DNA from: Lingula anatina
Taxonomy: Eukaryota; Animalia; Brachiopoda
Direction: 5' to 3'
Length of the DNA stretch: 64,000 nucleotides
Assembly (NCBI GenBank): GCA_051362555.1
Contig: JBPQGU010000016.1
Coordinates: 1,054,001 to 1,118,000, forward strand
Part shown: positions 37,991 through 50,400 of the stretch, in pieces
Layout: every line of letters begins with the position of its first letter
How positions within the stretch are numbered: the first letter of the stretch is position 1
Made by a program: the position numbers and the translations under genes
The notes under the pieces: generated by a model
Databases searched by the model: none
Seen by the model: the letters and a program-made list of their open reading frames with translations, nothing else
What the model was told of the DNA's origin: nothing

Positions 37991-40810
37991 CAATAACTTC
38001 ATGTTATTTGATAAAGTAAATATGTATCGGTAACAAATTTATCATGTGAATATTTTTCGCAGATTGTTGAAAACAAGAAATCTTTTTTATCCCATTGTCT
38101 TTTATTGTTATGTAACAAACTGTAGCGTTGGCCCACAAAACGTAACACAAGCAACTGAAAAAAAAAAAAAAAAAAAAAAAAGAAAAACATTAACACGCAA
38201 TAAGGTAGTGAATGTATCATGTATACAATTTCAACAAACGCTTTCAAGACAAGTAATCCTTACTTGCCATGTTTTACTTTTATTGTAATGTACCATACCG
38301 CAAGAATGAGGTGCTGGCTCACAAAACAGACAAAACACAATGAAAATGAAAGTAATTGCACACTAAATGGTAACGTATGTATCGGTAACGTATCACCACT
38401 GTATGTGTCACATTAACGAAACAAAAAAGGATGAGCCATGCAAAATCATACGTGCCCACATATACAACGCTGCACGCACCCACAGAGTCGTGACAAAAGA
38501 CAACAAACAATGAAATCAAAAAACAATTTGCCTCAGTAACAATCGGACGCGCGGTTTTAGGATCGTGCGCCCCCTGCGAATTTTGCGTGCAATAGAATCT
38601 GCTGAGATTGTAGAGTTAGAGGAAAGTCCTTTGTCACAACTGTTGTATATGTGCTCACCTCTGTTTTTTCGTCGCTAATTCTCATTTGTTACGTAAATAT
38701 GATTTATACGTTACCGATAAATACGTAACCGTGTAGCGTGTAAATACTTTTTCATTGTTTATTGTCCGTTTTGTGAGCAAACGCCTTTTTCTTACGGTTT
38801 ACTACATTACAATAATAAGAAAAGGCAGGGCAAGTAAAGATTACTTGTCTTGAAACAGTTTGTTGAAATTGTTAATATAATAGATAGATCTACGTTATCA
38901 AAACATACGTTACCAAAAATCGTGAAGGTATTGTTTTCTGATTTCATTCTTTGTTGTCCTTTGGTGCGACACTGTGGATACGTGCGACGTTGTATATGTG
39001 CGCAAGTATGTATATACGTCGCTCATTCTTCTTTGTTACGTTATTATGATACATACGTTACCATGAAGCGTGTAAATATACATTTATTCTATTTACATTG
39101 GTTGTCTTTTGTTTTGTGGGCACAAAACACTTCTGTCTTAAAGTGTTGGCCCACAAAACGAAAGACAAACCAATGTAAATAAAATAAATAAATATTTACA
39201 CGGATCACGGTAACGTATATATCGGTAACGTATGTATCATTTTAACGTAACAAAGAAGAATGAGCGACGTATAAACATGCGTGCGCACATATACAACGTC
39301 ACGCGCACACACAGAGTCTTGACAAAGGACAACAAACAATGAAATCAAAAAACAATATCTTCATGTTATTTGATAAAGTAAGTATGTATCGGAAACAAAT
39401 TTATCATGTGAATATTTTTGTTGAAAACAAGAAATCTTTTTTATCCCATTCTCTTTTATTGTTATGTCACAAACTATAGCGTTGGTCCACAAAACGTAAA
39501 ACAAGCAATTGAAAAAAAAAAAAAAAAGGAAAAACATTAACACGCAATAAGGTAGTGTATGTATCATGTATACAATTTCAAAAAACGCTTTCAAGACAAG
39601 TAATCCTTACTTGCCATGTTTTTCTTTTATTGTAATGTACTATACCGCAAGAATGAGGTGCTGGCTCACAAAACAGACAAAAAAACAATGAAAATGAAAG
39701 TAATTACACGCTAAATGGTAACGTATGTATCGGTAACGTATGAATAATTTTAACGTAACCAAGAAGAATGAGCGACGTCAGCAATGGAAAAATGGAAATG
39801 GGAAAAAAAAAAATAAAAACAAACAATGAAATCAAAATACAATATTGCCTCGGTAACATTCGGACGCAGGAGTTTTAAGAGCGTGCATCCCCTGTGAATT
39901 TTGCGTGCAATAGAATCCGTAGAGATTGTAGAGTTAGAGGAAAGTCATTTGTCACGACTGTTGTATATGTGCTCACCTCTGTTTTTACGTCGCTAATTCT
40001 CATTTGTTACGTAAATATGATACATACGTTATCGATAATACTTTACAATGTAGCGTGTAAATAATTGTTTATATAATAGATAGGTCTACGTTATCAATAC
40101 ATGCGTTACCAAAAAAAAAAAAAAAATAATAAATAAATAAAAAATAAAGGTATTGTTTTCTGATTTTTTTTGTTTGTTGTCCTTTGGTGCGACACTGTGG
40201 ATGCGTGCGACGTTGTACATGTGCGCACGCATGTATATACGTCGCTCATTCTTCTTTGTTACGTTATTATGATACATTCGTTACCATGAAGCGTGTAAAT
40301 ATACATTTATTCTATTAACATTGGTTGTCTTTTGTTTTGTGGGCACAAAACACTTCTGTCTTAAAGTGTTGGCCCACAAAACGAAAGACAAACCAATGTA
40401 AATAGAATAAATAAATATTTACACGGATCACGGTAACGTATGTATCGGTAAAGTATGTATCATTTTAAAGTAACAAAGAAGAATGAGCGACGTATAAACA
40501 TGCGTGCGCACATATATACAACGCCGCATGCACCCACAGAGTCTCGACAAAGGACAACAAACAATGAAATCAGAAAACAATATCTTCATGTTATTTGGCA
40601 ACGTATGTATTGATAATGCTTCTATCATATAAATAATTTCAACAAACAGTTTTAAGATAAGTAATCTTTACTTGCCCTGTTTTTCTTTTTATTGTAATGT
40701 AGTATACCGTAAGACAGCGGCCCATAAAACGAATTTTAGGATCGTGTGCCCCCTGCGAATATTGCGTGCATTAGAATCTATGGAGATCGTAAAGTTAGAG
40801 GAAAGTCTGC
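37991..40810. mobile_element. Diverged mosaic of fold-back/satellite modules (non-autonomous Foldback/MITE-like repeat), ~1.36 kb period
   Basis: The array's palindrome module recurs in both orientations. 37488 vs 38850 and 37998 vs 39360 are each 1362 bp apart. The block TTTTAGGATCGTG..CCCCTGCGAAT..AGTTAGAGGAAAGTC occurs near 38555, 39873 and 40734. No transposase ORF is present, so the family assignment is inference. Confidence 0.55.
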
Positions 40811-41214
40811 CTTGCGAGTCGCAAGGGCCAAATGAGATGTCACTTCAAGCAGGGACGCTAATTGCAAGGTGCGATGGCCGTGGAAATTGTATCCATATCT
40901 CTAGTTTGTCTTGCTATCTGCGTGCGTAGCAGGCACACACCACTATATTGAAGAGAAAGCAATGCACGGCGAATGTAGTTCCCTTTTGCCCCACACTTGC
41001 CTCACACGCTTGTGATGACGCACTAACCGCGTACAACAGTTTTACCTACTGTTCTTCTTTTTTCTTCTTCTTTCTACCCTTTAAGGTTTTTTCTTGCATT
41101 TTGGGGGCATATTAGAAGCTGAAATAAGCAAAATTTGAAAAATTTGAAAATTGTTGTACAGGTTGCACAGTCGTCGTTAATTGTCGAGACACGAGTGTGC
41201 GGCCTGAGTACATC

Positions 41215-41328
41215 TTTTATAATCCTGGCATATGGGTGACGCACGTGCGACGCACTTCCGCCCTGCTTTCGACTTTGATCGTTAGTTGTGAGGGCGTGCC
41301 GTGCGCCGCAATCAACACGAAAATGGCG
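41215..41328. promoter_or_regulatory. CpG-rich promoter-like motif cluster upstream of RPS8, possibly divergent
   Basis: Minus-strand TATAAAA 41215-41221, E-box CACGTG 41242-41247, ETS/GABP CACTTCCG 41253-41260, YY1 AAAATGGCG 41320-41328. Confidence 0.4.
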
Positions 41329-41988
41329 CCTGCTCTTTCCTTGCTTGCGACGTGTGTCTTGGACCACGCATGTCCCACTTGCGAACTCCTTGCGAGCGAA
41401 GCAAGTTATGTTTGCGGCCTTGCTGTTCACAGGTTATTCGTAGAATCTTTTGGACATGTTCAACATCGACTCACACGAAGCAGCCAAACTGTTGGGTGGC
41501 CTGTCCAACCTTCAGCCAACAACAACAAAAAAAAAAAGCCTGGTATGTGCTGCTTTGGACAGAATGTCATTGAAATTTTCCGGGCGATAATCGCTGGCCG
41601 CCGCCAGCCTTTCGTATGATTGTAAAAAGGTGATATCTCCATGCCCAATATCAATGGCATACCAATCCAAAACGACCACCCCCGTTCTCTTTATGACTTT
41701 AATTGTCGTGTTATTTGTAATCCTAGAGATGAATTTGACTGCAAAGCAGCCATATTTCCACGCGGCGATAATACGCATGCGGAGAAAGCTCTTCGTTGAG
41801 GGTGTTTTTTATTTATTTTTATTATTTTATTTATTTATTTATTTGGAGAACGGACGAAAATCAGTGTGCGCGCAGGATGTCATCCATAAAAATAAAAAAA
41901 GGGTGGCCTAATCAAACTCTTCAATGTAAAAATATCGGAGCACATCTACTGCAATTTGCCTGGATTGTGCCCGCGTGCAAACAGCTCT

Positions 41989-42020
41989 TCTCGCGAGATT
42001 TCTCGATAGCTGACCTTTTC
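41989..42020 (+). promoter_or_regulatory. RPS8 core promoter: TCTCGCGAGA palindrome and TCT/5'TOP initiator
   Basis: TCTCGCGAGA 41989-41998, a motif known from ribosomal-protein and housekeeping promoters. Polypyrimidine initiator CCTTTTC 42014-42020 lies just before ATG 42036. Confidence 0.75.
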
Positions 42021-42035
42021 ACGTTAGCTGCCATA

Positions 42036-45000
42036 ATGGGTAAATCTTGTGTTACTTACTTCAAATAAATCGTGTAAAATCTGCACTTCAGACCAACATC
42101 TGTTATTGAGGGATATGTCCAAAGTTCGTTGATAGTCATATTGTTCTCTGGTAGTCTCTAATTTATTCAGAGATTTTTATAAGATGGAAAAGAACACTTT
42201 AAATTCTAGTTGAACTCCAGGCCGGAATGCATGATCTCTCCACAAAACATGTTTTTTGCTCACACTACCCGTACCACGTCTTTGGTTTAGTCTCACGAGT
42301 TACGAGATAATAGTACCCACAACATTCATTTATTAGTTTCTATTGGTTTAGTATTAAAATGGCAACATGACGTTAACTTTAATCTTTGACATTGACCAAA
42401 AAATAAGAGGGGGGCGATGATGTATAGAGAAAATTTAGGTCTGCAGTAAATCCATTAAGGCATTTTATGAGACCTTACTGTTATATTCCAGGTATTTCCC
42501 GAGACAAATGGCATAAGAGGAGGTCCACGGGTGGGCGTATGATCCCACTCCGTAAGAAGAGGAAGTTTGAGTTGGGAAGACCCCCTGCACACACCAAGGT
42601 ATGGTGGCAAAGCCAACGCAAACTTTTAAGAAAGCGGCTGCTGGAGTCGTATATTGGAGTTTTCCCGTTTTAGCTCGAATATCCCTATGAGGTCACTGTT
42701 TCTGGGATAAGTCAGTACATCTAATAAAAGTTACATGAAAGCATCCTTGAGGTGGTATTTTTGCATGTGTTGGGTTTCATATATGTGTGTGTGTGTGTGT
42801 ATTGCATATGTATTTAGTCAGCATTGTAAACACTAATGAGGGGAGGGTGCAGTTTAGATTCTTAGGTCCTGGCAGCTCAAAAAGTCAGTTAGATTGAAAC
42901 ATTTAGCCTTCACACTGGATATTAATCCAGAGACATTTTCTTTTCCAGCTCGGAGGCAAGCGTATCCACACTGTGCGAACACGTGGTGGTAACAAAAAGT
43001 TCAGAGCTCTAAGGCTGGACACTGGCAACTTCTCCTGGGGCTCTGAAGGTAAGACTGACCTCCTAGTGCAGGGTTTTTTAAAAACCTCTATTAATGTATG
43101 AACTATAAATAATATGACTGATTTATTTCCTGGGCCCGATGTTTTTATAGCGCAGGGTGGAAAAAAATCTAATTCTAGTATTGTATTGATTTGAATGAAG
43201 GTGGCTGATTTAGTTAGGGCTCCAGGTTTTTCCTCCATTAAGTTTCGAATTTAAGAAAAATATTATTATTTTTATAGGACTTTAACTTTGGAAAACAGTG
43301 GGGCTTGAATACTGGACATAAGATATTACAGGATGAAGTGAAGACATTGATTATGTTGCTCTTGTCCAATTTGATGTCCAGTCATTTTGTGTTGAAATAA
43401 CTGAATGAGATACTTTCGTAAGAAGTATATTGCAGTTTTAGTCTGAGTTGGGGTTTGAAAACTTAGACATAAAAACATGGAAATTTTTCAAATGCATGTA
43501 GCATGTTTTCAATGGCGTCCTTTTGGTTTTCAGCCATCACAAGGAAAACTAGGATAATTGACGTGCTCTACAATGCCTCTAACAATGAGTTGGTCCGTAC
43601 CAAGACCCTCGTCAAGAGTGCCATCGTCCAGATTGATGCCACGCCCCTAAGACAGTGGTACGAGGCACATTACTGTGCCCCTCTTGGTCGCAAGAAGGGA
43701 GTGAAACTGGTGAGTCTGAGCTTTCTTACTCCGGGGTAGAGCAAATCATAGATCAGACAAGCTGTCATAGAAATTGAATGAAAAGCCATATTTGTTGTAT
43801 TTATTTTTGTCTTTAACTTAATATGAGCTAGCATTTTGAATTGCAAAAGTAAGATTGGCTCTGCTCCATATAATAGCAATATGCTAAGAGTAATTTGGTT
43901 TGGACGACCTATGTTGGACTATGTATTTACTTGCCCTCATCTTGTGGCTAGTGCTTCAAACACAAAAATGATTAAAATTTATACTAATTAGCATTATCAC
44001 TAGTAGTCAAGTTGTTGTTGGTACTACATAAGTACATATGTAAAGAAGGCTCGCATCGTTTAAGGATTTTAGACAATAGTTATTTTGGATTTTTTATTGG
44101 TATTTGAAATGTGTACATATGCCTGATGCATTTTCAGTCAGAGCAAGAAGAGGCAGCTTTGAACAAGAAACGCTCCAAGAAGACCCAGAAGAAGTACGAT
44201 GAGAGGAAGAAAGTGGCCAAAGTAGAGCAGGCCTTGGAAGAACAGTTTATGACTGGGAGAGTCATGGGTGAGTTGAGAAAGCAAGAAGTAGTTTTCAAAT
44301 AATCTGAAATTGTTGATAATTAAAGAAATTGAGGACTAAGCATGTCACGGTGTTGGGCTTGGAGATTGTACAAATAAAAAAAATCTTTTTTGTATGCATT
44401 TGTTGCTAGGTAGTATTGGTAGTATTGCAGTGTCTTTTTAAATTTTCATTTAAATTTCCAATTATCACGTGTACAGCATTATTACAAAATTTTTATCAGA
44501 ATTAACCTTTGAACAAGTGCCTTTAATTTAAAAATTTCCATAACAAATGAGAAAAATTTATCTGGGTCCCTTTGATGTAAATACCTAGAACCAGTGGCGA
44601 ATTTTAGTCACTGTGACAGTTGTCTGTTGCCTTTATTAAACATTGCCCATGCAAACTAGTCCAACCAGCTGAATGAAACTGCAGGCTAGGTGATGATAGT
44701 TCTCAGGCAGATAGAGGTTGTTGCTGTTATAGCAATACAAACACCTCTGATGTGATGCCTCCTTGTCATAGTTACACTGATAGTCGCAGTAAAAATTAAA
44801 CTGGTTCTGATTGATTCTTATTTCCATGTAAAACTCAGACATGAGCTTTTTCTGCGAAATCACTGAATTCCTCCTTTTTACATGACCCCAGAGCAATTAA
44901 ATCCCCAATAATTTATGTAAGGTGTTTGGGTCACAAAATATGTGCATTTTTTTCTAAAACCTGGGTTCATGTCTGAAACTAGATTTTCATTGTGGTAATT

Positions 45001-45505
45001 AAAAGATTACAGTTTTTGAAAAGGGAAAGTGATAGTTTGTGATAGATTACTGTACTTCGTCTGACAGGAACAATTATAATATCACTTAAGGTAGGATAGC
45101 ATGACTGAAGATAGGGAAGAATATTGTTGATATGTTATTGATTTGGTTGATGATTAAATAGCATGGATATAAATAGCATCACTGAGAAGAAACAAATTGG
45201 AGCATGGATGTAAAAAGCGTGCAATATTCCCAAGTGCCAAGGGAAGTATATGATATGTAAAATATATCCCAACCAATTTATAAATAGGTATTTCTTTAAG
45301 AAGTCACCAACATGTTAATCAGTACATATTTATTGAATAGTTTTTCTTTGCATTTATTAGTTAAACTTATGGTTCTTATTATTATTTCATTTCAGCTGCG
45401 ATCTCTTCACGTCCTGGCCAGTGTGGCAGATGTGATGGCTACGTTCTGGAAGGAAAAGAACTAGAATTCTATTTGAGAAAGATCAAGCAGAAGAAGGGCA
45501 AATAG
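42036..45505 (+). CDS. RPS8: 40S ribosomal protein S8 (eS8), 6 coding exons, 208 aa
   Basis: GT-AG exons 42036-42039, 42492-42598, 42949-43048, 43534-43709, 44138-44267 and 45396-45505 total 627 nt. Translation: [99 protein letters not shown]...[34 protein letters not shown]. Confidence 0.98.
44684..44785 (+). ncRNA. SNORD46: Box C/D snoRNA, SNORD46 (U40/snR63) family, in RPS8 intron 5
   Basis: C box GTGATGA 44690-44696, D box CTGA 44777-44780, terminal stem ACTGC-A-GGCTA / TAGTC-GCAGT. The guide GTCATAGTTAC is complementary to LSU rRNA helix 69 GUAACUAUGAC. The 3' end CTTGTCATAGTTACACTGA matches the recalled human SNORD46, which is also hosted by RPS8. Confidence 0.9.
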
Positions 45506-45574
45506 ACTGAAAAATACTGACCAACCAATTTCATTCTGTAAAAACTTGAGAGAAAAGGAAGAATATGTATTATG

Positions 45575-45580
45575 AATAAA
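45575..45580 (+). terminator. RPS8 polyadenylation signal
   Basis: AATAAA 70 nt after the stop codon, followed by a T/GT-rich downstream element at ~45597-45615. Confidence 0.8.
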
Positions 45581-47018
45581 AAATGTGAACTGAGTCATTT
45601 TGGTTCTCTTTTTTCGTCATTGAAAGATAATGAGCAATTCTTTGAAGGAACTTCACTTGGTTTATACGTGTAGGATAATATTACGATAGTAGAAGACATT
45701 TTCTGTCCTTGGAATTGTAATAAAAGATATTCTTAATTCTATATACTTGACAAACTGCCAAAAGGATTTAGGCCTCAGTTGATGAATTTTCATAGTAGAA
45801 AATAATTTCTGACATTGAAACCGCAATACCTACCCACTTCTGTGATATACGACCATCGACTGTGCAGGCATTTTTTGCTCTAGAATTTCCCTATTCCTTC
45901 CTCTGAGTGAAAATGAATCAGTAACTTCTAATTATTCAGTAGGAAGATCAGTATCAAAAAATGTGTAACTTGTGTTTAAAATTCTCCCTTTCGTATGTTC
46001 TGGACTTTTGGTATCAAGTGTGGCAAATTCATACAAATAATTTGCCCCCTGCAAGTTTGGGGGGGGGGGGGGGGGGGGGGCAGGCAACAATTTGACCAGG
46101 AATAGGTCTGCTCTAAATCCATATTTGGTCTAGATGTTTAGAACAAACGAGACTCACAACAACTGGTTCACTTCACGCAAAAGGCCCCTCCTTGCCCCCT
46201 CCCCATGTGCAGCATACAAAAATTGGCACGGCCATGGACATATCTATTGAATATCTAGTGAAAAATGATTCTCTGGCCTTGGTAGACGGACCCCCCCCCC
46301 CCCCCCCCCCGCCTCTGAAATTTGCTGGCTACAGACCCCACCCCCCTCCACCTTTGCCTCAATGGAGTTTTAAAAAACTTGTATATAATGTGTCTGAAAT
46401 TACTTAACTTATCACGGAAGGGGTGATAAATCGTTTCCTCAGAATAACGATGTCTTATTTCAAGCACACCCCCTCCCCCCTCCCCCCCCCCCCAAAAAAA
46501 AAGAAACTGAAATTGATTTTCATCCTAAAGTTATTAAATTTTCTTCATGCTCAGTGGCAAAGTCAACTGTTCGCATACACAAAATTAATCCAATAATTTC
46601 TTTTTTTTTAATCCATAACCACACGTGAAGAATGTGCAATACGATTACGTCGGCCTTTCTAAACTCAAATCTATGATACACGTGTACCTTTAAAGTCAAT
46701 TTCATTTCACCTCTCTCTCTATATATATTTAACCATTTGGCAGTTTGAAGAATGAGCGGCCAGATGATAAGCTGATTTTTTTTTAAACTTCGATTAAAAT
46801 AGCATTTTTTTAATCAGATATTTTTGTCTACAAAAATAACGTCTTACAGTGACATAAAGAAAAAAATAAATGTTTATAAAAATATTTTAAAAAAACTTTC
46901 ACGTTTAAAGTCACATCTACTGTCCCCTTAAATCTAAACAATAAAACAAATTCTTCTTTAAAGGCAAACATGAAATCATTAATTTTGAATGGACTTTTTG
47001 GCTAGTGCGTGCACAATA

Positions 47019-47096
47019 TGACGTCATGCAACCTTTGTAAAGGGCATGTACTTCCCACAATGCATTTCACCTCAATATGTCGTTCGCCATGATTGG
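47019..47096 (+). promoter_or_regulatory. Putative pumilio promoter elements
   Basis: CRE TGACGTCA 47019-47026, ZNF143/Staf-like TTCCCACAATGCA 47052-47064, CGCCAT (YY1 core) 47085-47090 and ATTGG (CCAAT) 47092-47096, all ~330-400 bp upstream of the ATG. Confidence 0.55.
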
Positions 47097-47423
47097 TAAT
47101 TGAAAGGGAACCTTCCTAAAATCTGGAGTCATCGAGGTTAGTGCATACGATTCTTGTTAAAATTTCCATTGTTAGTTGTTAAGCGAATTTCGTTGTAAAT
47201 TTAAGATCAGTTTCAGCTTGCAATATTGCATTAGCTTTGAGTAAATTCGTCCCAAATGCGAGCGATCCCAGGGGAAGTCGCCATGTTTTGATTCGACAAA
47301 GAAACACGAAGGGACCTTCTAGTAAGAGCTAAACGAAAGTAGAGAGAGCGTCTCAAACCTAACAAATGCCCGACGCTTGTTGCAGGTGTGGAAGCATGAA
47401 CGGTAGGACACTCTAAACTCAAC

Positions 47424-50400
47424 ATGCACCAAGGAAGTTCCTGGGACGATAGCGTGATGTTGGCCAATGGGGGCCCGGACGTGCAGAGAGGGGGGCACCA
47501 CCACCACCATCACCCTGGCATGACCCGAAGCAAGGACGACGCGATGGTAGCATACTTCTTTCAGCGGCCACAGCCCGACACTGAGCTCATGGGGTCAACC
47601 AAACGCTGGGCGGGCGGGGACGACAGTGTGATTGAACAAGGAATCAAGGTGTGTATTTTACACCTGTTTGTTATTTGGGTTCTCTTTATGTGGGCCCTTT
47701 TCACATTTGAGCCCTTTTGCTACTAATATTTTTGTGGACTTTAATATACCCCCTCCCCCCATATCAACACAAATATACATTCAGAGTCTCAGTCTCTCAG
47801 TCTCTCTCTCTCTCTCTCTCACATGCAGGCATGTGCACACACATGCACGCATTATTTAACAAGGTACGGTACAAAACATTCAATTTGTTTTCAAATCCAT
47901 TAGAGAAAGAAAAAGAGAACAGATGGGGAGAGCCTGTGCCATTCCCAAACCCTCACTGCTAGGAGTGTTAGCTGTATAATGAGTGACATATATTTACAGG
48001 TGCTTGCACTTTGCCAACATTTCAGTTTCATTGTTGACATAACAAAATTGCAGCCACAAGTACTCCAGTGATTTCTCCACTGGAGCAGTAAATGGAGTAA
48101 TTTAGCTTTTTTGTCTGGAAAGATAATTGACAATTCTTTGAATGAAATGTTTTTCACTTTCAGGATTAAAATGTGATATTCCCCTCGCGGTGCCAAAATT
48201 GTAAAGAAAGTTTTGTGGTGAAAAACGTGTTTTCTCATTGAATAATAGTTTAATTTTGAACCACAGTTTAATAGGAAAAGAAAACGAAGATAAAAGGAGG
48301 AAGGCATGGTAGTTGTACATGAGAAAAGTGTTTTACTTTTCATATTAGGTATGAAGAATGCACAAAATTTGTTTAAAGTCGAACAGAGACTGAACTGTTT
48401 TATTCATCTGAACGTTCATTCCGTTTTATTTCATTGTCAGCATCCAAGAATAATTATTTTTATTTCTTGCAGCTCCGCACAGGAGCCATTGGCGTGGAAG
48501 AGCTAGAGAGAGATTTTCACCATCACATGTCGCTGGATAGGGATGTGAGTACTTTAGAAAATAACCAGGTCCTCATGTGACAGGAATGTTGCTAGATCCC
48601 AGTTCTTTTTCCCATTACTTTATGTATGTGGCATCCATCCCATATGCGGAATTAGATGCTATGGGTTAACCCTAACCTGTTCTGTTATCACATGGGGACA
48701 CAGGACACTCATTCCTATGACTACCATTCGTGTCACACTGGCTAACCCCAACCCTTAGTTATCACATAAGAGCCTGGGACACCACTTCCATTCCTGGGAG
48801 TACCAGGTTCCTGTCAAATTCCACCCCTCCCCCTCCCCTCCCCCTTCTGCCAAATGCTGTTGAGCGGTGTTGGATACAGACCATTTTTATTACTGTAGAT
48901 AATATATGGTTTTCATTTTATTATGTTTTCTTGATTTACAAATAGGCCTACTGAAAATTTTAGTTAAGACATGTGCTTCAAAAGAAAAGAGTTTGGATTT
49001 AGACAACAGACTAGTTGTTAATTTAAAGGTACATACGAACCGAGCATCGGTGGAGCGTGGATTCCCAGTAACACATGTAAACCACTTCTACTAGATTCTT
49101 ATATGACTCAAATAAATTTGACATGCCAAGGGATAAACTGAATAGATCACTCGATCAGCCATAAAAGGCCTTTAGACTGCTCCTTTCTTTAAATTTATGG
49201 TTGTAAATTTAACCTACTTCCGTGACCTACTTTCCTGCCCCATTGACATACAGCTTAGAATGCCAGCAGAAAAATCTGTTCAAACATCATTTTTGGGTAA
49301 AATCAAACAATGCCTTTTGGTAATTCTCTTAGTTATACTACTTGAAACTATATGCTGGCATTTGGTTAGTTTTTGTGACAAAAAATTGACTTTGTATGTA
49401 TCTTTAAACTAAATGTTCCATTGGGAATTCGGGGATATCTCAAGTATGTTTCTTCTCATTGATAAATGTGCTTGGTATTTATGAATATGAGAAAGGTACC
49501 ATTTAGCAGTAAATTTTTAACATGTCCAAGGCATATAAACAATAATATTTGCGATGTTAAATGAATTGAAATTAGATATTTGTATTGATCATTTTGAAGT
49601 TGATCATCGAAAAGGCAAGTGTGACAAAGTAGGCCAAATGTCTATAAGGAGATAACACATGGGTGGCAACCATGTTAATTTCTAAATCTGAACAGTGTCA
49701 AAAAACTGTATTTTATAAGTTTTTCTTTTTAGCCATAAGTTCTATAAATTACAACAGTTCTGCTGTGGGGTAAGTGTAAAAATAAAATGGAAAAGATGAC
49801 TAACTTACATACAGATCCATTTTATTTATCAAAAGAGCCACACATGCTATAGTGAAGTATATTTTAGATAATTACAAAAATTATGGATCTCAAAATTGTT
49901 AATTTTCCCAATTGAAAAGATCCAGTCCATTTTTCTCCATTTGAAAAGACTGAGTCCATACTGTATATATTCTTTCCCTTCTTTCAGTTAAATCCACGTT
50001 CGTTCTGTCTAGGTATGGGTCTTCAATTATATAGTCATTATATTGTTATATTTCCTCGCAGTTAAATTATTTGCCATTGGCTAAAAGGCTAAATTTTTTT
50101 GAAGATGATTGGCATCAAAGTCAGTTTGCCTCTAGACATATTGTATGATGGCAAATGCTAGTGGCATGTTTAGTATATGACTGAAAAAGCAAGTGTCCAA
50201 TTCACTCACAACTAAATAACTGAGACAGTGAGTGTACTCCAGCCTCACTTTATCATACTGAACATGTAGATAAAATTTTGGTAAGATAGCGAAGAAAATT
50301 AACTTAGGCTTCAAAATCTTTTCGTTGTCGATTTATAATTGGTTTGAACCCAAATTAAGATTTTGCTGAAATTCTTCATTTAATTGGCTTTAACAAAAGT

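Noticed and set aside
40891-40935. U7 snRNA-like motif (TCTCTAGTTTGTCTTG plus hairpin)
   Set aside because: The Sm-like site overlaps the stem, the hairpin is short, and no supporting promoter or 3' box is evident.
41197-41619. 140 aa ORF in the CpG-rich region
   Set aside because: No recognisable homology or splice structure. Most likely a by-product of GC-rich promoter sequence.
48667-48677. TAACCCTAACC, telomerase template-like
   Set aside because: A single short match in a pum intron, with no pseudoknot or H/ACA context seen.
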